From: a virus
Virus record (IMG/VR): IMGVR_UViG_3300035698_013362
Span: 1-64,000 of that record
Strand: one strand, 5' to 3'
Length of the DNA stretch: 64,000 nucleotides
The notes below the pieces were generated by a model, which did no database searches, was not told the origin of the DNA, and was given only the letters and a program-made list of their open reading frames with translations. Positions 10,353-20,484 of this stretch are shown piece by piece. A program made the position numbers and the translations under genes. How positions within the stretch are numbered: position 1 is the first letter of the stretch; the number at the start of each line of letters is the position of its first letter.

Positions 10353-10796
10353 TCAAACGGTAGCCTTTAATTCTTTCTGCACGTAAAGATAATCATCTCC
10401 ACCCCATCGCCACTCAGGGTTGTACACCCTGTAACCCGTTTTAATAAGATTGTTGGCACTAATATGATTCTGCACTTGAACATATGTTCCTACACTGAAG
10501 CATCCATGTTTTCGTGCATAATTCTCTCTTGTCTTAAGCATTCTCTTCTGTAATCCATTCCTACGGGCACGTGGGAGAACTCCACATCTTTTATGGATTG
10601 CAAAGTTATCATAAACGATCATACCGCAATACCCACATGGCTCCATATTTTCGTCCCTGACGATCCACCACACCGAATCAACCATATCATCCACTGAAGA
10701 CATGGAGCCGTCCTCTATACCGAAACAGAGTAGATCTAGTGCATATATCTCTTCACGTTCCCTGTCAGTCTTCACTTTTCGTATGTAATATTTCAT
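10353..10796 (-). CDS. GNAT-family acetyltransferase
   Basis: GVLPRARRNGLQKRM motif A, NHISANNLIKTGY motif B; CATAAATA upstream at 10805-10812. Confidence 0.85.
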   Translation of the reverse strand: MKYYIRKVKTDREREEIYALDLLCFGIEDGSMSSVDDMVDSVWWIVRDENMEPCGYCGMIVYDNFAIHKRCGVLPRARRNGLQKRMLKTRENYARKHGCFSVGTYVQVQNHISANNLIKTGYRVYNPEWRWGGDDYLYVQKELKATV

Positions 10797-10844
10797 TATA
10801 TAAGTATTTATGTTTTTTCAAAAAGGTGTCTATCTTTAATTGCT

Positions 10845-11002
10845 ATGAAAACTAAAAACCTTTATTATGTAAGTTAGGATTACACAGATACGTACGCAAA
10901 TTAACATCTCACATTAAGTACCCTGAACAATACTGTGTTAGGTGTGCTAAAAACAACAGTTGCTATTTTTTAGCAACAGAACTGGATCATGGGTGGATAT
11001 AG
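10845..11002 (+). pseudogene. decayed small zinc-finger protein (end approximate)
   Basis: ATG AAA ACT AAA, then shifted frame LLCKLGLHRY...YCVRCAK. Confidence 0.45.
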
Positions 11003-11005
11003 GAT

Positions 11006-11569
11006 ATGAATAAGAAAACAAGGTTGAGGTGTTACACTGTTATATTTTTGGTATTAAGTATGCTAAGTCTTTTTTGGGCTTCTGATCCACTTAAAGCTGT
11101 TTTCTGTCTTATAATAGCTTTTATTATGATGAAGTGGACTGAATGGATTACAATGGTTGAAGTAACAGAAAAACGAACGGCTCCATATAATAAATTATGT
11201 GAGGGTGATATTGCGTTGAATTATCAAGGTGAACTCAAAGATCCTTGGAGAGTTGTTACAGCCGCTAATCGTCATAAAGAATCCGGACTTATTGTTGTAG
11301 GAGCAAGACATTTCGATAAGCTAATGAGAGCACAGATTTTTGCTCTTCAAGGCTTTGATAAGAAGACCGCAGCTGAAGGTCATTGGGGAGGTATGTCTTC
11401 AAGTGTAGATTGGAAAGATATGGATCAAGGCTTCATCGATAACTTTGGTGATTATCTTACTCGAAAACAAGCTTATGTTTTAGCTAAATACAATGGCCAA
11501 TTACTCAAAAATAATGACGGACGTTGCCATGACAGTAAAAACTTTCTTTACTCGGAGAATATTCACTAA
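11006..11569 (+). CDS. conserved phage hypothetical protein with N-terminal membrane segments
   Basis: Hydrophobic N-terminus; C-terminal AAN..GARH..QGFID..R..A..GQ..LYSE pattern. Confidence 0.7.
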   Translation: MNKKTRLRCYTVIFLVLSMLSLFWASDPLKAVFCLIIAFIMMKWTEWITMVEVTEKRTAPYNKLCEGDIALNYQGELKDPWRVVTAANRHKESGLIVVGARHFDKLMRAQIFALQGFDKKTAAEGHWGGMSSSVDWKDMDQGFIDNFGDYLTRKQAYVLAKYNGQLLKNNDGRCHDSKNFLYSENIH

Positions 11570-11988
11570 TGATTGAAATTATTACGTTAGAACAAGCAAA
11601 AGCAACAGCTGAAGCTAAGTGCAAGAGAGATGAAAATGCATGGCAGTCTTATTTAGACCGAAATATTGATACTTTATGTAATTGGGTTAATAAACGTCTG
11701 GTTAATTCAGTAGACACTAATACTCATATGAATGGATTTGAAATATGTCTCGATTATACCTTTATGTTTGATTTGTTTGGTGAACAACCTCCATTTGAAA
11801 AGAAACAAGGAATCGAAATATTTGCTGCACATCTTCTTAATAGGATTCGTGCTAATGGGGATTGGGAAGTAGATATTACTTCAAATTTGATAACTCATGT
11901 TAGAATGAGAGTTAAATGGTCAGTTCCTATTGTTGAAGAACCTGCTAAAAAGAAGAAAGACTGGAAATTCTGGCCAGTATGGAAATAA
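11569..11988 (+). CDS. hypothetical protein
   Basis: 139-aa ORF, TAATG coupling. Confidence 0.7.
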   Translation: MIEIITLEQAKATAEAKCKRDENAWQSYLDRNIDTLCNWVNKRLVNSVDTNTHMNGFEICLDYTFMFDLFGEQPPFEKKQGIEIFAAHLLNRIRANGDWEVDITSNLITHVRMRVKWSVPIVEEPAKKKKDWKFWPVWK

Positions 11989-12022
11989 ATCTTCTATATT
12001 ATACTATTAAATAAAGGAACTT

Positions 12023-12727
12023 ATGAACCAAACAATTGTAACAGCAGAAAATTTTGATAGCATCTATCGACATCTATTAAACAAGATCAGACATAGCCCA
12101 GACTACATTGTGGAATCACGCGGTGGAAGGATGTATGAACTTGAAAATGTAATGTTTGTTCTTACTGATCCATATGAAAACCTGGTTGACTCTGAAGCAC
12201 GTGCTTTCAATCTGGATTTTGCTGAAAAGTTCTATGACTGGATTATGGCTGGCAAAAGTGATCCATCTGAGCTATTTGGTGTTAACCCTAATGCTAAGAA
12301 CTTCGCTGAAAATTCAGGTCGTAATACAGCTTATGGCCCTCGTATCCTGAAGCAATTCGATAAGGTTCTTGAAGAACTATCTACTAACGAAGGTACACGT
12401 CGTGCCACAATTTCTATTCTAGAGCCTGATGATATCGAACTCCTCGGTACAGACACTAAGATGGAATTCCCTTGTACAGAATCAGTAAGCTTTAAGATTC
12501 GCAATGGATATCTTGACATGACGGTCAAAATGCGTTCAAATTGTGGAGTAAAGACTGTATGCTATGATACATATAACTTCACTAATCTATTTGCTGAAGT
12601 ATATAGTAGATTATGTGATGAGTACAAAATGAATCTTGAAATCGGTGAATATTGCGTACAAGCGACGTCGTATCATTTCTTCGATAAAGATATTGAACTT
12701 GTTGATGCAATCCTAGCTGAAGATTAA
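12023..12727 (+). CDS. thymidylate synthase-fold enzyme (dCMP/dUMP hydroxymethylase-like)
   Basis: AYGPR, TRRA, FPCT (catalytic Cys), FKIRNGYL, MRSN, SYHFF. Confidence 0.8.
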   Translation: MNQTIVTAENFDSIYRHLLNKIRHSPDYIVESRGGRMYELENVMFVLTDPYENLVDSEARAFNLDFAEKFYDWIMAGKSDPSELFGVNPNAKNFAENSGRNTAYGPRILKQFDKVLEELSTNEGTRRATISILEPDDIELLGTDTKMEFPCTESVSFKIRNGYLDMTVKMRSNCGVKTVCYDTYNFTNLFAEVYSRLCDEYKMNLEIGEYCVQATSYHFFDKDIELVDAILAED

Positions 12728-12781
12728 AATTTAAAAGAGAGCGCCTGTAAAGTTTTTTGCAGGTGTTCTAGTATACATTCT

Positions 12782-14647
12782 ATGAAAAATGATTTTAAAG
12801 TATTAGATGAAATATCCCACTGTTTAGCCCGCCCGAACATGTATATAGGATCTGTTGACTTAACCGAACGAACATCTTACTTATTTAAAGATAATAAATT
12901 TGAATATACAAATTATAAATTTGTTCCTGGCCTCATTAAGATTATTGATGAGATTATTGACAATGCCGTCGATGTATCTATTCGAACAGGCAAGTGTGAT
13001 ATAATAAAGGTAAAAGTAACTAAAAATGAAATTACTGTTCAAGACAATGGAACAGGAATCCCGGTCCAAAAGAATAAAGAGACAAAGACGTATTTACCAG
13101 AGCTTGCTTGGACACAAATGCGAGCTGGGACTTCGTTCGACGACACGGATAGGAAAACGATTGGTGCAAATGGACTTGGATCAGTAGCTTGTAATATCTT
13201 CAGTACTAAGTTCACTGGGATCAGTGATGATGGTAAGAAACGTTTTACTCTTAAATGTAAAAACAACCTATCTGAAATTGGATATGCTCTAGGCAAGAGT
13301 ACTGAACGAGGAGTAACAGTAAAGTTCCAACCAGACCTTCATAGATTCAATCTTTCGGAAATTGATGAGATACATATGATGCTTGTTCATCAGCGTTTGA
13401 TTAATCTAGCCGTAACGTTCCCTGAGATTGCCTTCTTCTTCAACAACAAAAGGATTACGATCAATGCAAAACAATTTATCAAGATGTTTAGTGATGGTAA
13501 AGAGATATCAGCCGAGTCCGATAACTGCATCATCGGCGTTCTGCCTAACGATTATGACGACTTTAAGTTTTACACATATGTTAATGGGATTGGAATGCCT
13601 AATGGCGGCAACCACATCGATTATCTTTCTCGTAGGATCGTGGATGGTGTCAAAGAAAAGCTCATTAAGAAGCACAAATCAATTAAGCCAGGAGACATCA
13701 AAAACAAAATACAAATTGTGGCTTTTATAAGGAACTTCCCTAATCCTAAATTTGATAGTCAGACTAAAGAGAAGCTTACTAATACTCAAGGCGAGTGCGG
13801 TAACTTCATTGATGTAGATATTGATAAGATGATTGCTCAGATCCTGCGCAATAAAGACATCATCGATCCTATTGTTGAAATGTTTAAACTCAAAGAAGAG
13901 CTTAAAGCTAAGAAAGAGCTTAAACAAGTAGGCAAGAAGAAAAAGATCAAGAGTGACAAATACATTCCATCGATTAAAGGAACTGAATATCTATTCCTTT
14001 GTGAAGGCCAGAGTGCCCTTGGTGGTATTAGCGCTATTCTAGGACGTGAAACGTTTGGGTACTATGCAATGAAAGGTGTCCCGTTGAACTCTTATGACTG
14101 TAAAATTCAAAAGTTGATCAATAACACTGAAATTAAAGAGATTGTAAATATCCTTGACCTCAGTTTAGTTAATGAAGCGAAGCCAGATGGTACATTAGTC
14201 CCTAAGCAAATGAATTACGATAACGTAGTTTTTGCTACAGACGCAGATGCTGATGGTCACCACATTAGCGGGTTGCTGATTGGCCTGTTTTATAAGTATG
14301 GTCGTAACCTTTTTGCCGAAAAAAGAATCTATCGTTTACGTACTCCTATTATGATTGTCAAGAAGGCCAAGAAGATCGTTAAGCACTTCTTCACTATTGA
14401 TGAATACAGAACATGGGAAGAGAAGCAAACTAATCTAGCTCAGTTTGAATTTAAGTATTCTAAAGGCCTTGGATCTTGGAAGAAAGAAGAGCTTAAATCA
14501 CTTATTGACAAATATGGCATCGATAACTTTCTAGAATACTTTACAATCGATGATGCAGATGTCATTGACCGATGGTTAGCTAATAATCGTGCTGATGATC
14601 GTAAAACCGAACTAAGTAACTACGAACTCGAAATCAATAAGGTATAA
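12782..14647 (+). CDS. 39: type II DNA topoisomerase large subunit (gp39+gp60 fused)
   Basis: RPNMYIGS, EIIDNAVD, DNGTGIP, GANGLG, CEGQSA, TDADADG, KGLGSW. Confidence 0.96.
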   Translation: MKNDFKVLDEISHCLARPNMYIGSVDLTERTSYLFKDNKFEYTNYKFVPGLIKIIDEIIDNAVDVSIRTGKCDIIKVKVTKNEITVQDNGTGIPVQKNKETKTYLPELAWTQMRAGTSFDDTDRKTIGANGLGSVACNIFSTKFTGISDDGKKRFTLKCKNNLSEIGYALGKSTERGVTVKFQPDLHRFNLSEIDEIHMMLVHQRLINLAVTFPEIAFFFNNKRITINAKQFIKMFSDGKEISAESDNCIIGVLPNDYDDFKFYTYVNGIGMPNGGNHIDYLSRRIVDGVKEKLIKKHKSIKPGDIKNKIQIVAFIRNFPNPKFDSQTKEKLTNTQGECGNFIDVDIDKMIAQILRNKDIIDPIVEMFKLKEELKAKKELKQVGKKKKIKSDKYIPSIKGTEYLFLCEGQSALGGISAILGRETFGYYAMKGVPLNSYDCKIQKLINNTEIKEIVNILDLSLVNEAKPDGTLVPKQMNYDNVVFATDADADGHHISGLLIGLFYKYGRNLFAEKRIYRLRTPIMIVKKAKKIVKHFFTIDEYRTWEEKQTNLAQFEFKYSKGLGSWKKEELKSLIDKYGIDNFLEYFTIDDADVIDRWLANNRADDRKTELSNYELEINKV

Positions 14648-14649
14648 CC

Positions 14650-15075
14650 ATGGAAGAAATGGGATCTTACACTAATGTTTACACTGGCCCTATAATCGAA
14701 AAGATTAATGATGTCCTTGAAATGATTGATTACAAAAAGACTATTACCATTAATGCCAGATGGGAAGAGTATAAGGAATGTTTTAAATCTAAATGGTGGG
14801 TTTACTTTAATTTAGGTTGGTCATGTAGACATCTACATCGTAAAGATGGGATGACTCTTGAGGAATGGACAGAAAGGTTCAGTGGCCTTAAGTATAAAAT
14901 GTGTTCTTATTGGGATGAAGATTGGACAGTAGATTATGAATATGAATACGAGTTAAAACGTATTAGATCACATTGCCGTTCGGCAGAGAAGATATACCTT
15001 TCAACATATCACGATAAAGTGGTAAATTATTGGAATAAATCAGTAGCAAAATATAAGGAAGATATTAATGAGTGA
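14650..15075 (+). CDS. hypothetical protein
   Basis: 141-aa ORF in operon. Confidence 0.65.
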   Translation: MEEMGSYTNVYTGPIIEKINDVLEMIDYKKTITINARWEEYKECFKSKWWVYFNLGWSCRHLHRKDGMTLEEWTERFSGLKYKMCSYWDEDWTVDYEYEYELKRIRSHCRSAEKIYLSTYHDKVVNYWNKSVAKYKEDINE

Positions 15076-15625
15076 TGAAAAAGAAGCAGTAAACGCATTT
15101 GAAGAAACAATGAAAGAATTCGATAATGTTAAACAGTCAGAAACAGAAGATGGAGTAGAACATCGTGGTGATTCCGCTTTCAGTTCTAAAGAAGAATTCG
15201 GTAAGAAGGTTACCTATATTCCTTGTGCAGAGCATTCAGTTCGTAAGTTGTTCGAAGATGCTAAAGAACTTTGTACAGAATCATCTAACATTGAAGCCAT
15301 GGGATGTAATATTGGAATCACTTTTGTTTACCCATGTATCACTAAACGTACATATGCTCATATCTGTAAACCTAATCGTTTGCTTAAAATGTATGCTGGA
15401 TATGATCTTATCCTTGAAATCTCTGGCCAGGCCTGGGATCGCATGACAGACGTTGAACGTATGGCTCTGTTGCATCACGAACTTGAACACGTTAACTATC
15501 GTGAAAAACCTAATGGTGATCTTGATCTTCGTTTGATTGATCATAACGTTAAAGACTTCGATAACATCCTTGATCTTTATGGAATTTACTACATTCGTGC
15601 CGGCTTGAACGAAGACGTTGATTAA
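15068..15625 (+). CDS. putative phage metallopeptidase (HExxH)
   Basis: ALLHHELEHV...HNVKDF. Confidence 0.75.
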   Translation: MSDEKEAVNAFEETMKEFDNVKQSETEDGVEHRGDSAFSSKEEFGKKVTYIPCAEHSVRKLFEDAKELCTESSNIEAMGCNIGITFVYPCITKRTYAHICKPNRLLKMYAGYDLILEISGQAWDRMTDVERMALLHHELEHVNYREKPNGDLDLRLIDHNVKDFDNILDLYGIYYIRAGLNEDVD

Positions 15626-15789
15626 TGAAGATGTTTAGTCAAAATGAAGAGCGCATCTTATGGTGTGCTCTTCAGTCTTATAAATCTAATATAAATGAAG
15701 AGTTGAAGAATACAGTTGGTATCACTTCAACTAAAACTTATAATGACTTAAAGATCACTGAAGAACTTATTCAGCGATTTGAACCATAA
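15625..15789 (+). CDS. small hypothetical protein (54 aa)
   Basis: TAATG coupling; MKMFSQNEERILWCALQ...RFEP. Confidence 0.5.
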   Translation: MKMFSQNEERILWCALQSYKSNINEELKNTVGITSTKTYNDLKITEELIQRFEP

Positions 15790-15952
15790 AGGAAAATATA
15801 AGAAGATGTGTGATCGGAGTCAACCAAAGGAAGAACCAATGATGATGTTGTATGGTATAAGTAATCCAAATGACATAACCGGTGCGTCTCCATACAATCC
15901 TAGGAATAATGTTCTATCTTATGGTGTAACCTTAAACCCATACACTTAATAT

Positions 15953-17305
15953 ATGAAAAACGAAAACCACATCTCTAATTTCTTTGGTAACGATTATATC
16001 TCATTTGCCTCTTATGATGGCGTAAGGAAAATTGCTTCAGTCGCTGATGGCAACAAACCTACTGCCCGTAAAGCGATATACACAGTTATTGATCTTAAAA
16101 TTAATGCTCCTAAGAAAGTTGACTCGATCAAGTCTAAGGTAGCCGATCATACTGAATATATCCATGGCCAAGATGCGATTGAAGGTGTAATTGTTAACCT
16201 TGCTCAAAACTTCGTCGGTGCTCAAAACGTTCCATTGATGATTAGAGATGGGTCTTTCGGAACTCGGCTTATCCCAGATGCTGCTGCTTCACGTTATATC
16301 AGAAGTGCAGCAGAACCTTATCTGAAGTATTTGTTCAGAGAAGAAGATAACCCAGTTATCGGAAATCAGGAGTTTGAAGGATCAAAAATTGAACCAAAGT
16401 TCTTTGTTCCTATCATGCCTATGCTCCTAGTGAACGGATCTGAAGGGATTGCAGTTGGTTATGCACAAAAGATTCTCCCTCGTGATCCTGAAAAGCTTAT
16501 GCAGTACTTATTTACTGGAATGAAGGATGAAGATCTTTTACTTCCACACTATAATGGATTTAAAGGTAAGATAATTAAGACTGATGTAAAGTCTTTTGAA
16601 ATACGTGGGGTCATTGCTAATAAGAATACGACTACCTACGAAATCCTTGAGGTGCCCGTTGGTTATACCTACACCTCTTATAAGAAGGTATTAGATAAGC
16701 TTGAAGAAGCTGGAACGATTGTTTCATATGACGATAGATGTGATATGGATAAGGATGTGTTCAGCATATCTATTAAGGTTAAACGTGAACAACATAACAG
16801 ATTAAAGGCTATGACTAACCTTGAGTTGTTAGAGACGTTTAAGCTTGTTAAGCGTGTAACTGAAAACTACACTTGCCTTAATGAAAACAACCAGATTGAA
16901 GTATTCGATACAGCTGCTGATATCATCAGACGATATGCAGAGATTCGTGTTAGATATTATACGATGCGTAAAGAATACACTGAAGCACAAATGTTGAAGA
17001 AGATGACGGAACTTAAATCAAAAATTCTGTTCATTGATAAAGTACGTAAAGCGGAAATCGATGTAAAGAGTGAAACTAAAGTCAACCTTATCTTAATCCT
17101 CGATGCAATTGATGGTGTAGTTCTCAAGAATGAGTCCTATGATTACTTATTGAACATGCCACTTTGGTCAATCAATGAAGAATCGTTTGCTAAAGCAATT
17201 AATGAAGTAAAGAAGATGGCCCAAGATTATAAGAATTACCAGAGCATTAAAATTGCCACAATGTGGAAAAACGAGTATCGAGATTTACTTAAAAAATTAC
17301 ATTAA
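15953..17305 (+). CDS. 52: type II DNA topoisomerase medium subunit (gp52)
   Basis: DGNKPTARK, YIHG, AAASRY catalytic Tyr, LLVNGSEGIAVGY. Confidence 0.96.
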   Translation: MKNENHISNFFGNDYISFASYDGVRKIASVADGNKPTARKAIYTVIDLKINAPKKVDSIKSKVADHTEYIHGQDAIEGVIVNLAQNFVGAQNVPLMIRDGSFGTRLIPDAAASRYIRSAAEPYLKYLFREEDNPVIGNQEFEGSKIEPKFFVPIMPMLLVNGSEGIAVGYAQKILPRDPEKLMQYLFTGMKDEDLLLPHYNGFKGKIIKTDVKSFEIRGVIANKNTTTYEILEVPVGYTYTSYKKVLDKLEEAGTIVSYDDRCDMDKDVFSISIKVKREQHNRLKAMTNLELLETFKLVKRVTENYTCLNENNQIEVFDTAADIIRRYAEIRVRYYTMRKEYTEAQMLKKMTELKSKILFIDKVRKAEIDVKSETKVNLILILDAIDGVVLKNESYDYLLNMPLWSINEESFAKAINEVKKMAQDYKNYQSIKIATMWKNEYRDLLKKLH

Positions 17306-18063
17306 GCTTACAATTATCAAAATGCCAACGTTTCATTGCTCCTATATTTCCTTCTTTTTTACAATGAGGACATTTAATATTATTTGATGGGTTCTTTTGT
17401 TTTTTAATATTCTTTTGTTTTTTGTTTTTCTTTATTCTTCCAGAACATATGAATTTAAGTTCTCCATTTAAGTATTTATAATCATATTTAGAAACCCTTG
17501 ATGTATTCCCTTCTTTATCTTTAACAGTAACCATACCTTTAGAGGTAGAAACTAATTCACCTGAAATATATCTAGGATCATTTTTATCTACTTGAAATGT
17601 ATTACCATCTTTATCTTTAACTGGGACCTTATCTTTAAAAAAAGAAACTAATTCACCACTTAGGTATTTAGGATCATCTACAGAAACTGACATAGTATTT
17701 CCATCTTTATCTTTAACTGTTAATTTATTACGCCTATTACAATGGTGCCAAGTTCCAAAACCACCTAAAGTTAAATTATAAGTATCACTACGTTCGACAT
17801 ATTCATAATTAACTATCCTAGATTCCTCCATTAAAGCCTCTTCTTCAGTATTATGAAAACTCAAAATTTCTACTGCAAAATTTTCTAATCCATATTTTTT
17901 TTACCGCTAAATTTAAAACTTTACCAGATCCATAATACCCATCTTCAATATTAGTTGTACTATGCTTGCCTATATACTCTTTATAATTAATTAAATTATG
18001 AGTTCTATAAACTATATGATACATTTTAATGTCCTTTCTATATTTATATTTCATATATTTCAT
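17289..18063 (-). pseudogene. GIY-YIG homing endonuclease pseudogene (+1 in A8 run)
   Basis: ORFs 17851..18129 (YIGKH, YYGSG) and 17289..17864 join if the run at 17895-17902 is 7 rather than 8 nt. Confidence 0.88.
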
Positions 18064-18064
18064 A

Positions 18065-18072
18065 TATAAATA
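18065..18072 (+). promoter_or_regulatory. late promoter TATAAATA
   Basis: Exact consensus 9 nt before ATG 18082. Confidence 0.65.
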
Positions 18073-18081
18073 TAAAGAGGC

Positions 18082-18972
18082 ATGCAAATTATGCAAGAAG
18101 TTAAAATAACTCGAGATTTTCCGAATCATATGTTTACAGTAATCAATGATCAGGTAAAAATACAGTCAAATCCGTATATCTTAATTCTTATTCCTTCAAA
18201 GGACCGAAATGACCTTTTGTTTAATTGTATTGATTCGCTTATTACTCATACATCGAAGAAGCTTACAAATATAAATGTTTGTATTATCGATACCGGAAGT
18301 ACTCAAGAAACGATAGACGAAATAAATGAATATCGCAAGGCTAATGAAGACCGATTCATTATAAGCCTTGAAGAACATGGATACTACAACTTTGCCAAGA
18401 ATAATAATCAAGCCTTCGATCACCAGAAAGGTAAGAAGTATGATTATGTTCTATTCTGCAACAATGACGTTCAACTATTAAATGATGCAGTCAGTCATAT
18501 GTTATGGACCTATGAAAACCAGAAGGATGTAGGTACAGTAGGCATCAGATTACATTTTGAAGATGGTAAAGTTCAGCATGCAGGAGCATTTTGTCATATG
18601 ACTAATGGCTTAGCGGGACCAGGGCACTATGGCTTCAGTAAAGTCATCACTGGATCTGTTTTAACTGATATTCAGGACGTTCCTGCTAACACTGCTGCAT
18701 TCTTAATGATGAAAGCACCAGTATTTGAATCTATTAAATTCTCTGAAGAGTATATCGAATGCTTTGAAGACGTTCAATTGAATATTGAAGTAGGTATGAA
18801 AGGACATGTTAATTATTGCAATATGAATGCTGTAGCTTTCCACTTCGAATCACAGTCAAGAAATGCTGATGCACAAAAAGATGCAAAACAAGCACAAGAT
18901 TTAAAAAAGCTATCTACATTTATTTTAAGAAACCAAGCAAATCCATTCATTAAACAAAAGGTATTAACATGA
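18082..18972 (+). CDS. GT2 family glycosyltransferase
   Basis: ILIPSKD, IIDTGS, YNFAKNNN, LFCNND, VQHAG, FEDV, HFESQSR. Confidence 0.88.
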   Translation: MQIMQEVKITRDFPNHMFTVINDQVKIQSNPYILILIPSKDRNDLLFNCIDSLITHTSKKLTNINVCIIDTGSTQETIDEINEYRKANEDRFIISLEEHGYYNFAKNNNQAFDHQKGKKYDYVLFCNNDVQLLNDAVSHMLWTYENQKDVGTVGIRLHFEDGKVQHAGAFCHMTNGLAGPGHYGFSKVITGSVLTDIQDVPANTAAFLMMKAPVFESIKFSEEYIECFEDVQLNIEVGMKGHVNYCNMNAVAFHFESQSRNADAQKDAKQAQDLKKLSTFILRNQANPFIKQKVLT

Positions 18973-19175
18973 TTGAATCACTAACAATTTTAATGTGGGT
19001 CATCTGTGGCTCATCAGCACATGATTGTGTATCATATATTGTTACTGAAGAATATGGTGAAATGAATAAAACCTATTATAATATATCAGGAATCATTTTT
19101 TACAGTATTTGGATTTGTTTCAATGTGTTACGCAATGTTAGTCTGGTTCCATTTTGTGTGGGACGGCTCAATTAA
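18969..19175 (+). CDS. small membrane protein
   Basis: 68-aa hydrophobic ORF, ATGA overlap. Confidence 0.45.
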   Translation: MIESLTILMWVICGSSAHDCVSYIVTEEYGEMNKTYYNISGIIFYSIWICFNVLRNVSLVPFCVGRLN

Positions 19176-19250
19176 ACTAAATAAAGGAACAGTATGAAAT
19201 AATCTCCTGATTACTGAAAATGCAACTATTAATTTAGTTACATTTTTCTA

Positions 19251-19285
19251 TTTACAACTTTGCAGATATATCGTATACTCTACTC
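19251..19285 (+). promoter_or_regulatory. early promoter
   Basis: TTTACA-N17-TATACT-CTACTC. Confidence 0.85.
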
Positions 19286-19308
19286 CTAATCAACAACACG
19301 GAGACACT

Positions 19309-20376
19309 ATGACTGATCAAGCTCGCCAGATTGAAACACAACTCGTTTATTGGAACGACGAATACCGCAAAGGTACTCCAGTCGTAAGTGATCCTGTTTT
19401 CGATTCACTCCTCGAACAATTTGAATCATTCGTTACTGTTGAAGAATACACCCGTGTTCGTGAATCCCTTTTTAATACTAAAGGTGACGTGAAACACCAA
19501 TACATCATTGGTTCGTTGAAGAAAACGAAAGCTGAAGATGATTCAATCCTCAAATGGATTGGTAAAGATAACGTAACTGAAGCATACATCGTTGAAAAGC
19601 TTGATGGAATGTCTATCGTGTTACATTACGTAGACAGCGTTCTCGTTAAAGCCGTGTCACGTGGTGATGGTGAATATGGTAAGGACTATACAGAAAACCT
19701 CAAGCATATCGCTCCACTTCGCCTTGACCTCAAATTCACAGGTCAGGTTCGTGCTGAAGTTGTGCTTCCAATTAGTGAACTTAAAAACATTAATGATATA
19801 GGCTTCACCTATAAGAACCCACGTAATGCTACGACTGGTCTCATTACTTCCAAATCAACCGAGGCGGATCTCCTTAAGCGCTGTAAAGTTATTGCTTACC
19901 AGATAATGGGATCAACTGAAAAGAAACCTACACAATACAGTGCGTTATATGATCTCGGTTTTACTCTTCCTAAACGTGAAACCTTCGATACACGCATTGA
20001 TAATGTTACACCTAATTCACTTAAAGCTATTTACGAAATCTGGACAGCTCAATCTGATTACGAAATCGATGGACTTGTTATCCACAACCTGAATTATGGT
20101 GATGAAAACATTAAACTCCCGACCCACACAATCGCTTTTAAAGTAAATGATCTCGTTGCAACAACAACCGTTCTCGACATCGAATGGGAAATGAGTCGTG
20201 GTAAAGAATATCGCCCAGTGGTTGTATTTAAAGCAATCGAGCTTGGTGGAGCTACAATCCAACGTGCTACTGGAAACAATCTACAATGGCTTATTGATCA
20301 TAAACTTGAAATTGGATGTAGTGTTATTATAGAAAAAGCGGGTGATATTATTCCTCGGATTGTACAAGTTGTTTAG
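19309..20376 (+). CDS. ligA: NAD-dependent DNA ligase, N-terminal subunit (adenylation + OB domains)
   Basis: YRKGTPVVSDPVFD, EKLDG, SRGDGEYG, NPRN, IDGLV, AFK, KAGDIIP. Confidence 0.93.
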   Translation: MTDQARQIETQLVYWNDEYRKGTPVVSDPVFDSLLEQFESFVTVEEYTRVRESLFNTKGDVKHQYIIGSLKKTKAEDDSILKWIGKDNVTEAYIVEKLDGMSIVLHYVDSVLVKAVSRGDGEYGKDYTENLKHIAPLRLDLKFTGQVRAEVVLPISELKNINDIGFTYKNPRNATTGLITSKSTEADLLKRCKVIAYQIMGSTEKKPTQYSALYDLGFTLPKRETFDTRIDNVTPNSLKAIYEIWTAQSDYEIDGLVIHNLNYGDENIKLPTHTIAFKVNDLVATTTVLDIEWEMSRGKEYRPVVVFKAIELGGATIQRATGNNLQWLIDHKLEIGCSVIIEKAGDIIPRIVQVV

Positions 20377-20428
20377 TATAACAAAATGAATCATAATTAC
20401 CTTTCTATAATTATATAACATTTTTCTA

Positions 20429-20457
20429 TGTACAAATTATAACCCTTGGGATAATAT
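20429..20457 (+). promoter_or_regulatory. early-type promoter inside the split ligase spacer
   Basis: TGTACA-N17-TAATAT in the same TTTCTATGTACAA context as other early promoters. Confidence 0.6.
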
Positions 20458-20484
20458 GTCTTACATAATTAATAAGGAATCTAT

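Noticed and set aside
12782-14647. Fused gp39+gp60 topoisomerase as a novelty
   Set aside because: The fused form is the usual state in T4 relatives.
2730-18063. GIY-YIG genes as parts of group I introns
   Set aside because: They are intergenic and antisense, the flanking genes appear complete, and no intron core sequence was recognised.
20377-20484. Intron or T4 gene 60-style ribosomal bypass in the ligase spacer
   Set aside because: The spacer is short and AT-rich with no evident structure, and it contains a promoter and RBS for the second gene. Not formally excluded.
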